Virus record (IMG/VR): IMGVR_UViG_3300046011_002458
Location: 1-57,879 of that record
DNA length: 57,879 bases
DNA from: a virus
Taxonomy: Duplodnaviria; Caudoviricetes
Direction: 5' to 3' (one strand)
Numbering within the stretch: position 1 is the first letter of the stretch; every line of letters begins with the position of its first letter. Shown here one piece after another: positions 32,780 through 42,529 of the stretch. The notes beneath the pieces were generated by a model. The model saw nothing but the letters and a program-made list of their open reading frames with translations. It was not told the DNA's origin and searched no databases. The position numbers were made by a program, and so were the translations under genes.

Positions 32780-35008
32780 TTAAATGCCGGAGCCTTGACG
32801 GACCTTAATGGCCGCCTCGGCATTGAACAATTGACGGTCGTTGTCGATGTCGATCATCTTCATGCGCTCGCGGCTGGCAATCTCTTCTTTGGTCAGCAGG
32901 CCGTCCTGCTCCATCTTGGCGAATGCCAGCTCGCGCTGCATCTGCTTGTCCTGCATGTTCTGCACGGACTCGCTGCGCTCGCGCTCGGACTGGTAGCCCA
33001 GGTTCTCGCGCTTGATCTGCATGTCCTGCGTGGCAAGCTGGGCGTCGACGGCGCGCTGCTCTTTGCGGTCCTCGATCTCCATCTGCTTGCCCTGCAGGTT
33101 GAGCTCGGCCACGGCCATGCGTGGGTCCTGCGGCGCGCCCTGCTCTTGCATTGCCTGCTGGTCCTGGGCGACCTCGTCCTCGTTCTTCATCAGCTCGTCC
33201 GGATTGACCTTGAAGGCCTTCAGGATCGCGCGCAGTTCCTCGCGCTCTTTGAGCAGCGGTGCGTAGCGTGGGTTGTTGGTGATGTTGGCCAGGTTCAGCA
33301 GCGCCTGGTTCTGGATGTCGCGCTCGATCAGCGCAGTGGAGCCGCGAGCGTCGACCTCGTAGTCGCCCTTGATGGCTGGCTCTGGGTCGTTGGCCATCTT
33401 CCAGTCGTAGTAGCGGCCGATGTGCGGGCGGGTGATGTTGTCGTCGTACAGCTTCACGCGCTGGCGCAGCACGGAGTTGGCGTTGTTGTAGAGCATGACC
33501 ATGCCACCGACGGTCTCGGGTGCGCTGCCCTGCTCTCCGCCCATGATCTGGGGCATGCCCGACTCGGTGTCGGCAAACGCCATGGCGGCCTGGGCAATGG
33601 CCAGCAGCTCTTGCAGGTGCGAGTTGAACTCGAACACGCTGAAGGCCTGGCGCACGTCCTCAAGGTCGTCCTTGGCCAGCCACACCTTGTTGGGCGTGAT
33701 CTCGTAGCTGCCGTTCTGGGGAATGACCATGCCCTTCTTCATGACGATCTGGCCACCCAGCGAAGTGCGGCCGTTGTCCATCACCTGACGCCAGGCGCTG
33801 TTGACCACGCGCTGCTGGTGCTCGAGCTCGTCCGGCAGGCCGTAGCCATACGGGGAGTCGTCGGCCTTGCGCCAGCACCACACGTCGATCGGCAGCGTCT
33901 CGTCGGCCACCCACGAAGGCATGGCACCGATGACCTTGTCGTTGACCATGACCAGCACGCCGAAGGTGACGTCTTCGATTGGATCGCCGGCGCGCTCGGT
34001 GAGTGTGAGCATCTCGTCGGGCTCGATCTCGCCGTGGTAGGTCCACATCTCGTAGCTGTCCTCTTGGATCACGTCACGCATGACGCGGCCCTCGGCCACG
34101 CGGATGCGGCAAGGGCTCGAGCGCAGGACCTCGCGCACGGCGTCTGTGTCATAGCCAGGCAAGCCCACGACGGAGCGCAGCTCTTTGCGGGTGACGTTGC
34201 GTCGCATCCAGAAGCCACGGCCACGCTGGTGGTCGTTGCCGCAGGCGGGGTCGAACCACACGTCCCACGGGTCCAGGCTCTGACTGGCCGGCACGATGTT
34301 CTCGTTGTACTTCAGGGTCTGCGTGCCGTCGGGCTGTGGCAGCCAGATCTTGCTGGTCTGGCGGGCCGGGAACGGTCCGTACACGATGCCGGTGCCCAGG
34401 CGCACGGCGTTCTCCACCAGCTTTCGGCTCTCGCCGTTGTACTCACACTCGGTCAGGCTGTCGTCGATCGAGTTGCGCATGGCCTCAGCTGCCTTCTTGG
34501 CAGCGTCCATGACCACGGTGGCCTCTTCGTTGGCGGTCATGCCGGTGGGCTCGCCAGTCTGCGGGTCAACGGTCGGGCGCTCGTCGCCAGTCATGTCGGC
34601 GATCTCAGGGATCGGCGTGGGCTTGATGTCCCAGTTGCGATCGTCCACGGGGAACAGGATCTCGCACATGCGGGCGATCGCCTGGTCGACCTTGGGGCGC
34701 ACGATGTTGATCACCACTCGCGAGCGGTTGCCGTCTTGCGACTTGCGCGCGGGCGGGCCGTTGCGCAGCGTGTTCTCGAACTCGCCGGTGCTCTCGGTGC
34801 GCTCGCCGAAGTAAAGCTGTGCGTTTCGTCTCCAGCGCTTTTCGACGTCAGTGGTGGCGCGGTGCTGCACCCACTTGTCGCGCATCTGGGTGAAGTAGCC
34901 GTGAAGTTTTTCAACCTCTGACTTCTTCATCTCGCTGTACTGCTCTTGCGTCATCATCTGGCCATTCATCTCGATGGCCATGTCTGGGGGGAAGTCGTTG
35001 GGGTTCAT
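32780..35008 (-). CDS. portal protein
   Basis: N..RPK; LGTG; DP; YG.G; C-terminal Gln-rich barrel; synteny after TerL. Confidence 0.88.
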   Translation of the reverse strand: MNPNDFPPDMAIEMNGQMMTQEQYSEMKKSEVEKLHGYFTQMRDKWVQHRATTDVEKRWRRNAQLYFGERTESTGEFENTLRNGPPARKSQDGNRSRVVINIVRPKVDQAIARMCEILFPVDDRNWDIKPTPIPEIADMTGDERPTVDPQTGEPTGMTANEEATVVMDAAKKAAEAMRNSIDDSLTECEYNGESRKLVENAVRLGTGIVYGPFPARQTSKIWLPQPDGTQTLKYNENIVPASQSLDPWDVWFDPACGNDHQRGRGFWMRRNVTRKELRSVVGLPGYDTDAVREVLRSSPCRIRVAEGRVMRDVIQEDSYEMWTYHGEIEPDEMLTLTERAGDPIEDVTFGVLVMVNDKVIGAMPSWVADETLPIDVWCWRKADDSPYGYGLPDELEHQQRVVNSAWRQVMDNGRTSLGGQIVMKKGMVIPQNGSYEITPNKVWLAKDDLEDVRQAFSVFEFNSHLQELLAIAQAAMAFADTESGMPQIMGGEQGSAPETVGGMVMLYNNANSVLRQRVKLYDDNITRPHIGRYYDWKMANDPEPAIKGDYEVDARGSTALIERDIQNQALLNLANITNNPRYAPLLKEREELRAILKAFKVNPDELMKNEDEVAQDQQAMQEQGAPQDPRMAVAELNLQGKQMEIEDRKEQRAVDAQLATQDMQIKRENLGYQSERERSESVQNMQDKQMQRELAFAKMEQDGLLTKEEIASRERMKMIDIDNDRQLFNAEAAIKVRQGSGI

Positions 35009-35727
35009 TACATGCCGTCCGATCCGTTGTACGGGTTGATTGCTTTGTTGATGAGGCCACCCTGTGGGTCCATTCCATCTGCCGGCGGCTTGATCGACCA
35101 GCCGGTGTAGGTGCTCAGGTTTTTCTTTTTCTCGGGGTCAAGGCCCAAGCCATAGGAGGCGTTGATTTTTTTGTCCTCGTCGGAGTAGCCCGACATCTCG
35201 TAGGCGTCGTACTGGTCTTTGACGTCCTTGAATGCGGCCTGCTGCTGCGTCTGCTGCAGCGCTTGCGATCGCTGGGCAGCGGCTTGACCAAGGCGGCCAA
35301 ACTTAAAGCCGCCCGCTGAAGGGGCTTGTGCCGCAGGCGCGATGGCCTTGTTGAACGAGTCAACGTCGCCGATCTCGAATTGAGGTTGACCCGCGCCAAG
35401 TCGGCCCGCTATGCCGCGCAGGCCGCCTGTGCGTGCGGCTGGTGCTCCAGGCGCTGCGGCAGGCATCGATGCAAAGCCAGCGCGGGCAGCCTCTGCGGCC
35501 ATGGTTGAGGCCTCAGCCTCTTTGCCCATGCGGATGGCGTTGGTGTACTGCATCACAGCGCCCTGAGCCACCTGTGGCGGCATCTTGCCGATTGCGGCGG
35601 CAAGTGTCGGGTCGGCCTGTTGCATGGCCTTCCAGCCGGCGTCCAGCACTGCAGCGGGGTCGGTGTTGTTTTGCGCGGCCTTGCCGGAAATTGCGCCGCG
35701 AATGTTTGCAAATAGTTTTGAAGCCAT
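35008..35727 (-). CDS. Ala/Gln-rich hypothetical protein
   Basis: ORF abutting portal start. Confidence 0.7.
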   Translation of the reverse strand: MASKLFANIRGAISGKAAQNNTDPAAVLDAGWKAMQQADPTLAAAIGKMPPQVAQGAVMQYTNAIRMGKEAEASTMAAEAARAGFASMPAAAPGAPAARTGGLRGIAGRLGAGQPQFEIGDVDSFNKAIAPAAQAPSAGGFKFGRLGQAAAQRSQALQQTQQQAAFKDVKDQYDAYEMSGYSDEDKKINASYGLGLDPEKKKNLSTYTGWSIKPPADGMDPQGGLINKAINPYNGSDGM

Positions 35728-35753
35728 GATGTTTTCTTTCTGAGATTGTGTTG

Positions 35754-36155
35754 TTAGATCGCGCGCTTGATCGAGCGCCAGTCGAGTGCTGGCATCGCGC
35801 CAAGCTGGCTGCCTTGCATGCGCATCGCGTCAATCTCAGCCAACGTCATCATGGGCGGCGGAGCGCCCCGATACGCGAGCGAAGGGCCGTATGTGGGCCT
35901 GGCTGCCGGCGCGGCTGGCGGAGGGCGCGCGGGAGCTGCGGCTGTCGGTACTGGCACTGCCACCTGCTGCGGTGCGCCGGCGATCATTTGGGCCTGGCGC
36001 TGCTTCTCTACAGCCACCACCTGAGCGGCCTGCTGCGCCGCAGCCTGCTCGGCCTGCAGGCGTCGGTTGCCCTCTGCTTGAGCGGCCGCCATTTGCGCTT
36101 TGTCTTGCGATGACATGCCGCCACGCATTCTCGAGATGATTGAAGAAAAGCCCAT
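35754..36155 (-). CDS. Ala/Pro-rich hypothetical protein
   Basis: TAAGGA SD. Confidence 0.7.
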   Translation of the reverse strand: MGFSSIISRMRGGMSSQDKAQMAAAQAEGNRRLQAEQAAAQQAAQVVAVEKQRQAQMIAGAPQQVAVPVPTAAAPARPPPAAPAARPTYGPSLAYRGAPPPMMTLAEIDAMRMQGSQLGAMPALDWRSIKRAI

Positions 36156-36164
36156 GATTTTTCC

Positions 36165-37655
36165 TTAGTACCCAGTGACTTCATCAAGCGCGGCCCACGC
36201 ATGCTCGGAGCCCGTAGGCACCGCCCATGTGTCGTCCTCGTCTGGCCATGGCAGTGACAGCGACGGCTCGTCCAAGCGAGCCAGGGCGTCCATGCCGTCG
36301 TCAAATCTGCCCACCGGGAATGTGGCGTACTCGACGTCGATCAGCTCTTGCACGAGGTCGTGCTCGACTTCTTTCTGATCAATGTATTTCATCTGCTGCG
36401 GAAACCACATGCGGCCACCCTCGAACCACGGGATCAGGCGGCGAATGCGTGCGTTCTTCTCGACGGCACCGGCCACCTCGTGGATCTTGAAGCGGTACTG
36501 GCGCTGCTCCATCTCGTGCTGGATGTGCGCGATGTCGCCCATCATTCCGTAGCGCTCGTAGCGCACCTGCATGGGCTTGTGTTTCTTGTGCAGCTCGAAC
36601 AGCTTGTCGGCGCGCTGCGTGAGGCCCAGGCGATCGATGACGCCATCGAGTAGGTACGCGTTGCCGTCTGAGGCAAGGCCAACCACCCACATGACGGTGC
36701 GGTCGGACTTCTTGCGCTTGTTCGTGCTGTTCTTGCTTGGGTCTCCGGCCGGGTCGACCAGGATCACCTTGTTCATCTTTTTCGGCGCGACGTTGTAGCG
36801 GCTGATCCACGAGCGCTTGAACTCAGCACCCTCGAGCGGGCGCGGCTCCTGCTGGTACAGCGAGATCCACGAGCGTGGATCGGACTGGGCCTGCTGCACC
36901 ATGGCGTCGGTGAACCATTCCTTCCACAGGCGCTCACCTGGCTCACGGCCAAGCGGGTCGTTCTCGCTCGCGATCATCGGCAGCTTGATGACCTTCCAGC
37001 GCTGGGGCTCGCGCTCGAGCAGGCGGCCAGCAAGGTCGTCTTCGTGCCAGCGAGTCATGATCACCACGATGCGGCCGCCTGGCTTCAGTCGGGTCAGCAG
37101 GTCGTTGGTCCACCACTCCCAGGTCTTCTCGCGCACGCGATCGCTGTCGGCATCCTCGCGGCTTCGCACGGGGTCATCGACCACGATCAGGTCACCACGT
37201 CGGCCGGTGATCGAGCCACCCACACCGACGGCGGTGTACTCGCCACCGTGGCTTGTGCCCCAGCGGCCGGCGGCGGTGCTGTCAGCGGCGAGCGTGACGT
37301 TGAACAGGTTTTTGAACTGGACGTCGTCAACGCCGTTACGCACCCGGCGGCCGAAGCGCTCGGCCAGCTCAGCGGTGTGCGATGCGGCAATGATCGAGAG
37401 CTGCGGGTTGCGGCCTGCGAAGTACTCGGGGAAGTAGACCGAGCCGTAGGTCGACTTGGCAGAGCCAGGCGGCATCATCACCAGCAGCCGATCGCAGTCG
37501 CCCTTCTCCACCTCGTCGAGCGCCTTGGTCAGCAGCTCATGGTGCGGGGCCAGGACCATGTCATCCGGCAGCCGGTAGCGGCAGTACTCGGTGAACGTCT
37601 CGCGGGCCTTGCGCCGGGCCAGGAGCTCGAGGGCGGCGTCGGCTGGCGTGATCAC
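36165..37655 (-). CDS. terL: terminase large subunit
   Basis: MPPGSAKS Walker A, ITGRRGDLIVVDDP, MTRWHEDDL, nuclease DPA..DD..DA; AGGAG-GTG start. Confidence 0.95.
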   Translation of the reverse strand: MITPADAALELLARRKARETFTEYCRYRLPDDMVLAPHHELLTKALDEVEKGDCDRLLVMMPPGSAKSTYGSVYFPEYFAGRNPQLSIIAASHTAELAERFGRRVRNGVDDVQFKNLFNVTLAADSTAAGRWGTSHGGEYTAVGVGGSITGRRGDLIVVDDPVRSREDADSDRVREKTWEWWTNDLLTRLKPGGRIVVIMTRWHEDDLAGRLLEREPQRWKVIKLPMIASENDPLGREPGERLWKEWFTDAMVQQAQSDPRSWISLYQQEPRPLEGAEFKRSWISRYNVAPKKMNKVILVDPAGDPSKNSTNKRKKSDRTVMWVVGLASDGNAYLLDGVIDRLGLTQRADKLFELHKKHKPMQVRYERYGMMGDIAHIQHEMEQRQYRFKIHEVAGAVEKNARIRRLIPWFEGGRMWFPQQMKYIDQKEVEHDLVQELIDVEYATFPVGRFDDGMDALARLDEPSLSLPWPDEDDTWAVPTGSEHAWAALDEVTGY

Positions 37656-38149
37656 TTGCGTTGCTCCTGTGCGGCCTGGGCTGCGATCTTGAGGAGCTCT
37701 TCGTCTGTCATGGCCAGCAGCTTGACCGGGCCACCGTTGGCACCCGTGAGCTCGACCTTGGACTTGTCGCCATACGCGGATGCGTGCAGCTTCGCGGCCA
37801 CCTTCAGGTTGGTGTCGATGGCAGCGCGCAGGCCTGCGGCGTCGCCAAGCGTTGCCGCCTTGCGGCCATAGTCCAGCGCAGCGTCGACCAGGTTGTGGGC
37901 GCGCTCGATGCCCGCCATGGCGTACTGGTCGCGCGTCTCTTCGCTGTCCATCAGGACCTGGCGCAGCTTCCAACCGGCGATCTTGAATGGCAGCGAGTCG
38001 GCAATGGCCTGAAAGGACTCACCCCAGACGTAGCGGTCGAACACCTCGTCGGCCACGGCCAAGACGTCTGCCTTGAGCTGCTCGGCGGCGGTGCGCTCGG
38101 GCTGCTTGTGCAGTGCGGTTCCGAGGCGGGTGTCTTTTTGCTTGGTCAT
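37652..38149 (-). CDS. terS: terminase small subunit
   Basis: YGDKSKVELTGANGGPV; overlaps terL start. Confidence 0.85.
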   Translation of the reverse strand: MTKQKDTRLGTALHKQPERTAAEQLKADVLAVADEVFDRYVWGESFQAIADSLPFKIAGWKLRQVLMDSEETRDQYAMAGIERAHNLVDAALDYGRKAATLGDAAGLRAAIDTNLKVAAKLHASAYGDKSKVELTGANGGPVKLLAMTDEELLKIAAQAAQEQRK

Positions 38150-38223
38150 GGTTCTGGGTGGGTGGCCCCTCGGTCATCCTGCCTTGAAGGGAGACGATCT
38201 TGTTGGCGAGAGCCGGGGGCCGT

Positions 38224-38253
38224 AAATGAAAAAGCCCGCACGAGGCGGGCTTT
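38224..38253 (-). terminator. terminator just downstream of late promoter (tR'-like)
   Basis: AAAGCCCGC-loop-GCGGGCTTTTT. Confidence 0.8.
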
Positions 38254-38277
38254 GTTGGGCGTAGTTGCCCGGGGAGG

Positions 38278-38306
38278 ACTATAGCATTGTGATACTGCGG
38301 GGTCAA
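38278..38306 (-). promoter_or_regulatory. late promoter (pR'-like) containing TATCACAATG
   Basis: TTGACC-17 nt-TATAGT. Confidence 0.8.
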
Positions 38307-38308
38307 AT

Positions 38309-38599
38309 TCAGTCGTCAATGCCCTGCGGGATGCGCGTCAGGCCCTGGCGGGTGCATAGCGTCAGAAAGCGCACAGCGGCCTCGACTGCCTCGCGGTCGG
38401 ACTCCATGCCCCACTCGCGGCGCAGGTAGATCAGCGACGCGGCGATCTCCGGCGACAGCGTCGTGTTGATGGTGCGGCCGCCTTCCTTGCGCCGGTACTT
38501 GCGCTGGCGCTCGGCCCCAGTCATGGCATCCGGGTTGCGCGATCGAAAGCCCCTGCGCGCCGTCAGTGCCTGGGCGCTGATCTTGTCGGGCTCGGTCAT
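38309..38599 (-). CDS. small DNA-binding protein (ribbon-helix-helix-like)
   Basis: AMTGAERQRKYR...INTTLS. Confidence 0.65.
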   Translation of the reverse strand: MTEPDKISAQALTARRGFRSRNPDAMTGAERQRKYRRKEGGRTINTTLSPEIAASLIYLRREWGMESDREAVEAAVRFLTLCTRQGLTRIPQGIDD

Positions 38600-38871
38600 G
38601 ACAGGATGGCGCTGGCCAGCACGGCGTACAGCAGCAGCGCCAGCACGCCAAGCATCCACTTGGCCAGCTCGCGCACCTGGCCGCGCCACCGGGTGGGCGG
38701 CAGGATCTCGCGATCGAGCATCACGGGCCGGGCCTTGGCCACCTTGGCGGGCGTGCCGTAGCTGCAGGTGCAGGCGTAGCCGCTCGCGTCGTAGCCCAGG
38801 CCGTAGCAGTGTTTGCAGGTGCGGACAGGGCAGTCGCGGCCCTGGTGGCAGTCGTAATCACAGCAGTTCAT
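38596..38871 (-). CDS. Cys-rich protein with C-terminal TM
   Basis: MNCCDYDCHQGRDCPVR; ATGA coupling. Confidence 0.65.
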   Translation of the reverse strand: MNCCDYDCHQGRDCPVRTCKHCYGLGYDASGYACTCSYGTPAKVAKARPVMLDREILPPTRWRGQVRELAKWMLGVLALLLYAVLASAILS

Positions 38872-39068
38872 TGTTTCACCCGATCTTTGTAACGATTGAA
38901 TCTCCACGACGTGGCCTCGGTCTCGACGCGCTGCCAGACCACCTCGCGCTCTTGCTCATTCATGCCGCTCCACTGGGCCACCTCGAGGTAGGTGCGCCCA
39001 CAGCCCTTGCAGACCTCGTCGTAGAGCGTGGTGCAGACGGCGATGCACGGGCTGTCGGGGCGTGTCAT
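38868..39068 (-). CDS. DUF1289 (predicted Fe-S) protein
   Basis: SPCIAVC......C.GCGRT..E...W. Confidence 0.8.
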   Translation of the reverse strand: MTRPDSPCIAVCTTLYDEVCKGCGRTYLEVAQWSGMNEQEREVVWQRVETEATSWRFNRYKDRVKQ

Positions 39069-39253
39069 TCGTTGGCCTTCGGTGTGCAGGTGTGGATGTA
39101 GGCAAGGTCCCTGCTCAGCGTTGCGCCGCATTGTTGGCACGCCTTCGGACCCTCGGGCAGGTCACGTTGAAAGATGGCGTCCCAGCGCTTGCTCCACTCG
39201 TCGTGGGCCACGCTGAATGGACGTGGTGATGATCCCTTGCCGCCGTCGCTCAT
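39065..39253 (-). CDS. hypothetical protein
   Basis: MSDGGKGSSPRP...WDAIF; AGGAG SD. Confidence 0.65.
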   Translation of the reverse strand: MSDGGKGSSPRPFSVAHDEWSKRWDAIFQRDLPEGPKACQQCGATLSRDLAYIHTCTPKANE

Positions 39254-39810
39254 GTGTTCATCTCCTGAATCAGCGCTGCGCACAACTCACGAGCCGCGCC
39301 ATTGCCGCCGTGGACGGACACGACCACGTACTCCCTTTCCACGCGCACGCCCTGCATCAGCCCAACCCATTGCCGCTGTGCTGCGGGTGATATGGCTTTG
39401 AGTACGGCAACTGCCTCATCAATAACACCCGCCTCATCGTGATCTCCTTCCAGCCTACGCAAGTCGGCAACGCCATCAAGACGACGGACAAGACACGATG
39501 CTTGCTGCACAGGTGCTGCGGGTGGGGTGGTGTAGAGCATCCCGGTAAAACCTTTGGGCAAGTTTGACTTGGCAATCTCCCCTTGGTAGATGAAAAGTGA
39601 TGGTTCCTGCACAGGGGCTGAACGGGCTTGCTTGATGGCGGTGATGGCTGCTTCATGCTTCAACAAACCATCCTCCATCCCAAGCAAACGCGCTTGGCGT
39701 GATGGGTAATTCCCATACAGCTTTTTGGCGTTCTCATAGTCCTCACGCACAAGGTCAACGCTTTCTTCCAACGCCTCCAGCGCCTTGTCGAGTGCTTCGT
39801 CTTTTGTCAT
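39250..39810 (-). CDS. mosaic hypothetical protein (lower GC)
   Basis: PVQEP..LYTTPPAA..QWVGL linkers typical of mosaic phage genes. Confidence 0.7.
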   Translation of the reverse strand: MTKDEALDKALEALEESVDLVREDYENAKKLYGNYPSRQARLLGMEDGLLKHEAAITAIKQARSAPVQEPSLFIYQGEIAKSNLPKGFTGMLYTTPPAAPVQQASCLVRRLDGVADLRRLEGDHDEAGVIDEAVAVLKAISPAAQRQWVGLMQGVRVEREYVVVSVHGGNGAARELCAALIQEMNT

Positions 39811-40112
39811 AAACCCATCTCCTTTCTGATCTGTCTAACTCTCGTCTCGGTCACGCCGACCTCGTCGGCGATGGCCAGTGGCTTGACGCGCTCGCGCAGC
39901 AACTCTTCGATGCGCTGGCGTCGCGTGTGTCTGCTGGTGCGCTGCTTCTCGCCGCGTTGCCAGGTCTCTATGAACTCCTGCACGCGCTTGATGCCGATGC
40001 TCTTGATGACCGTTGCCGGCAGCTCGATCGTGGTGATGCGGCGGCCGTCCTCGAGCTCGTAGCGGCGAGACTTCATGCCGTCGGCGCGCGTGCGTGTCTC
40101 GAGGCACTTCAT
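39807..40112 (-). CDS. hypothetical protein with C-terminal HTH
   Basis: IADEVGVTETRVRQIRK. Confidence 0.7.
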   Translation of the reverse strand: MKCLETRTRADGMKSRRYELEDGRRITTIELPATVIKSIGIKRVQEFIETWQRGEKQRTSRHTRRQRIEELLRERVKPLAIADEVGVTETRVRQIRKEMGL

Positions 40113-40420
40113 GCTGCGTCCTTCAACAACGATCGCAGCTCGACGACGCGCGCGGCATCGCGCAGCTTCGACGGGTTGGTCTTCTTCATGATCTCCAGCG
40201 CCACAGCGATGAATGTCTCGAGCTCGGCGCGCTCTTCGTCGCCCCAGCCGATCAACGCTGCGACGCATGACTTCAGGCGCTCGTCCTTGAGCTTGTCGAT
40301 ACGCTCGACCAAGTACTCGAGGTCTTCGTGCGGGACGTTGGCCCGCATTTGCACCAGCTCGATCATGCGAGCGGCCATCTCGATGGGCAGGTCGCTGGGC
40401 ATGCGCTCGCGCCTGGTCAT
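40109..40420 (-). CDS. hypothetical protein
   Basis: ATGA coupling, codon use. Confidence 0.7.
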   Translation of the reverse strand: MTRRERMPSDLPIEMAARMIELVQMRANVPHEDLEYLVERIDKLKDERLKSCVAALIGWGDEERAELETFIAVALEIMKKTNPSKLRDAARVVELRSLLKDAA

Positions 40421-40851
40421 GCTGCCGCCCCTGTCACCCACGAAGTGCGGACCGCCGGCAGTGCGCGCCCAGTCTTGGCGGCTCGCCGCTTGCGCTCTGT
40501 GTCGATGTGCCTGGCGTAGCTCAGCGTGTCACCCATCATCTTCTGGTGCTTGCGCGCCTGGCGCTGGGCCTTGGTAAGTGGCGCGGGCTTGTCGGCATCC
40601 TTGCGCGGCCTGACGGCGCGGTAGATCGGGCGCGGGTACATGCGCTCGCACTGCTCAACGTCGTGCGTCCAGTCGTGGATGTAGATGCGCTCGTCGTCCT
40701 TGAGGTGGTTCAGGTAAGCCTGCACCCAGCGCTTGCTGATCGGAACCGCCTCAGCCAGCTCGTGCGCAGTCATGCCGCGCTCTTTGAGCAGCTCGCGGAT
40801 CTTGGCCAGCTTGATGCGTGCGGCCTCGGTGGTGAAGCTCATGTCAGCCAT
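40417..40851 (-). CDS. winged-helix DNA-binding protein
   Basis: MTAHELAEAVPISKRWVQAYLNHL. Confidence 0.7.
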   Translation of the reverse strand: MADMSFTTEAARIKLAKIRELLKERGMTAHELAEAVPISKRWVQAYLNHLKDDERIYIHDWTHDVEQCERMYPRPIYRAVRPRKDADKPAPLTKAQRQARKHQKMMGDTLSYARHIDTERKRRAAKTGRALPAVRTSWVTGAAA

Positions 40852-40948
40852 GGTGCCTCCTCGGTCTGCTCGCGTTGCTGGCGCTGATACGCGCGCTGCT
40901 GTGCGGGTGTCCACGGTGTGGGTCCGGTCGGGGGTGGGAATGGCCAGC

Positions 40949-41152
40949 TCATGACACCCACTCCTGGCCGAGGCTGCACCACGTCACCCGTTCGCTGTCG
41001 AGCAAGATGTGACCGCCAACAACGTCCTCTTGCGGGTAGCCGGTGCGGTAGTACACGTCTGGGTTGATGGCTTGGATGTGCTCGCCGGCGTCTAGCACTA
41101 CGACGACCTCTCGCTTGCCGTGCTTGTTGATTCGTTCGCGCAGGATCTTCAT
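40949..41152 (-). CDS. hypothetical protein
   Basis: ATGA coupling. Confidence 0.6.
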   Translation of the reverse strand: MKILRERINKHGKREVVVVLDAGEHIQAINPDVYYRTGYPQEDVVGGHILLDSERVTWCSLGQEWVS

Positions 41153-41451
41153 GACGCCCTCGCCTTCTGCATCGCGCGGGCGATCAGGTCTTCGGCTTCG
41201 ACGCCAGCCATCTCGCGCTTGAGGTTGCCACTGAGCGTGGTCATGATCCCGATGATTGTCAGGAGGCGCGCCTCGTCAGAGGGGGCACCAGCGATCACGG
41301 TGACCAGCAGGTCGATGGCGATGTTGGCTGCGACGCTCGCAGTGAACGAGTCGCCATGCGTGTCGGCCAAGGACAGCAAGTCCTTGCGCAGCGTGTCGTA
41401 CAGCCTGGCCGATGTGTCGGCCATCAGTGCGGTGTCAAACGGTGCAGTCAT
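41149..41451 (-). CDS. hypothetical protein
   Basis: GGAG SD, ATGA coupling. Confidence 0.6.
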   Translation of the reverse strand: MTAPFDTALMADTSARLYDTLRKDLLSLADTHGDSFTASVAANIAIDLLVTVIAGAPSDEARLLTIIGIMTTLSGNLKREMAGVEAEDLIARAMQKARAS

Positions 41452-41642
41452 GCCACACGCTCCACTCGGCCATCGCGCCACTCGCGCGTGACAGCGCGCC
41501 GGCTGGGCACGTTCTCGTGGTCCTGCGAGCCTGGGCGCGTGTCGGTCCAGGTGGGGATGTACTTGTCGTCGCCATTCAAGCTGCTGTTGGTGAAGTGGCG
41601 TGGGGGCGTGATGATGTCGGCCTCTTGGCGCGGATCGTTCAT
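41448..41642 (-). CDS. hypothetical protein
   Basis: GGAGA SD; RPGSQDH...PSR. Confidence 0.55.
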   Translation of the reverse strand: MNDPRQEADIITPPRHFTNSSLNGDDKYIPTWTDTRPGSQDHENVPSRRAVTREWRDGRVERVA

Positions 41643-41703
41643 GGGATCGTCTCCATGTGTTGCGTGCAAAATCGCACGCTCCCATTATAACCATTGTGAA
41701 GTA

Positions 41704-42057
41704 TTAGCCAAGGACATTGTCGATATATTTTTCGAGCATGCGTCCAGCCTCGAGCACGAGCTCGCGATCGCCAGGTTTCTCCTCGAGCGTGCGGCGTGAC
41801 CACACGCGGAACTCACGCGACAGTGCGCGCCAGTGGTCTGGGTGGTGCAGCTTGAGCCACTCGACGGCCGCCACCATGGCGCGCAGCTCTGCGTGGCTGT
41901 AGCCGGTGACGTCCTCGAACTCGAACGATGTGCCCATGGCTTTGGCGAACATTGGCGACACCGACGGGTAGCCCAGGTCACCGCGTGCGTCAGCCCAGTC
42001 GTGTGCGGCCCATTGGCCCAGCAGCTCGCCCACCCAGTCGGGTTCGATGCGGATCAT
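41704..42057 (-). CDS. putative Q-like late antiterminator
   Basis: LL..WA......LGYPSVSPMF...AV..L; position after rusA; promoter-terminator pair downstream. Confidence 0.55.
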   Translation of the reverse strand: MIRIEPDWVGELLGQWAAHDWADARGDLGYPSVSPMFAKAMGTSFEFEDVTGYSHAELRAMVAAVEWLKLHHPDHWRALSREFRVWSRRTLEEKPGDRELVLEAGRMLEKYIDNVLG

Positions 42058-42293
42058 GATTTTCCTTTCGAGCATGCGGCCGCGACGGCAGCGTCGTAAC
42101 GATTGAGCCAGGCATTGAAGGCTGGCCACACGGGGTCGTTCTCGTCGACCGGGTCGTAGGGCTTGACGCCGCCCGAGTCGGTGGTGAAGCCTGGACCAGT
42201 CCACGGGTGATAGTCCAGCCAGATGTAGCGGTTGCCAACGTGCAGGCGCGCCCAGCGTTTGACCTTCGGTGGTGGGCAGCATCCACACCTCAT
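42054..42293 (-). CDS. hypothetical protein
   Basis: ATGA coupling. Confidence 0.55.
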   Translation of the reverse strand: MRCGCCPPPKVKRWARLHVGNRYIWLDYHPWTGPGFTTDSGGVKPYDPVDENDPVWPAFNAWLNRYDAAVAAACSKGKS

Positions 42294-42529
42294 CGCTGGC
42301 CGCCTTCCAACTGTGGGCGCTCGTTGCTGTACAGCGTGTATTCGCCGTCGCCGTTCTCGCACATGTCGTTGAAGCACTCGGGGTGCATCTTCGACTCAAA
42401 CCACCGGCCATCCCAGTTGCCCTTCTGGAACGTGTAGGCGCGGCCCTTGTTGATGGTTTCGCCGCAGTAGCTGCAGCGGTGGTCCTTGCGAGCCTTACGG
42501 CTTTCTGACGGGTTGTAGAAGTCGCTCAT
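42290..42529 (-). CDS. small Zn-finger protein
   Basis: RKARKDHRCSYCGETI..G..Y...H..C. Confidence 0.7.
   Translation of the reverse strand: MSDFYNPSESRKARKDHRCSYCGETINKGRAYTFQKGNWDGRWFESKMHPECFNDMCENGDGEYTLYSNERPQLEGGQR

Noticed and set aside
32795-34921. Long antisense ORFs (also 10659-12458, 13671-15128, 29766-31529, 27796-29262, 17902-19398)
   Set aside because: Shadow frames of GC3-biased genes; no SD or recognisable motifs
36165-37973. 602-aa TerL from the ORF track
   Set aside because: Upstream extension overlaps terS; AGGAG-GTG at 37655 is the plausible start
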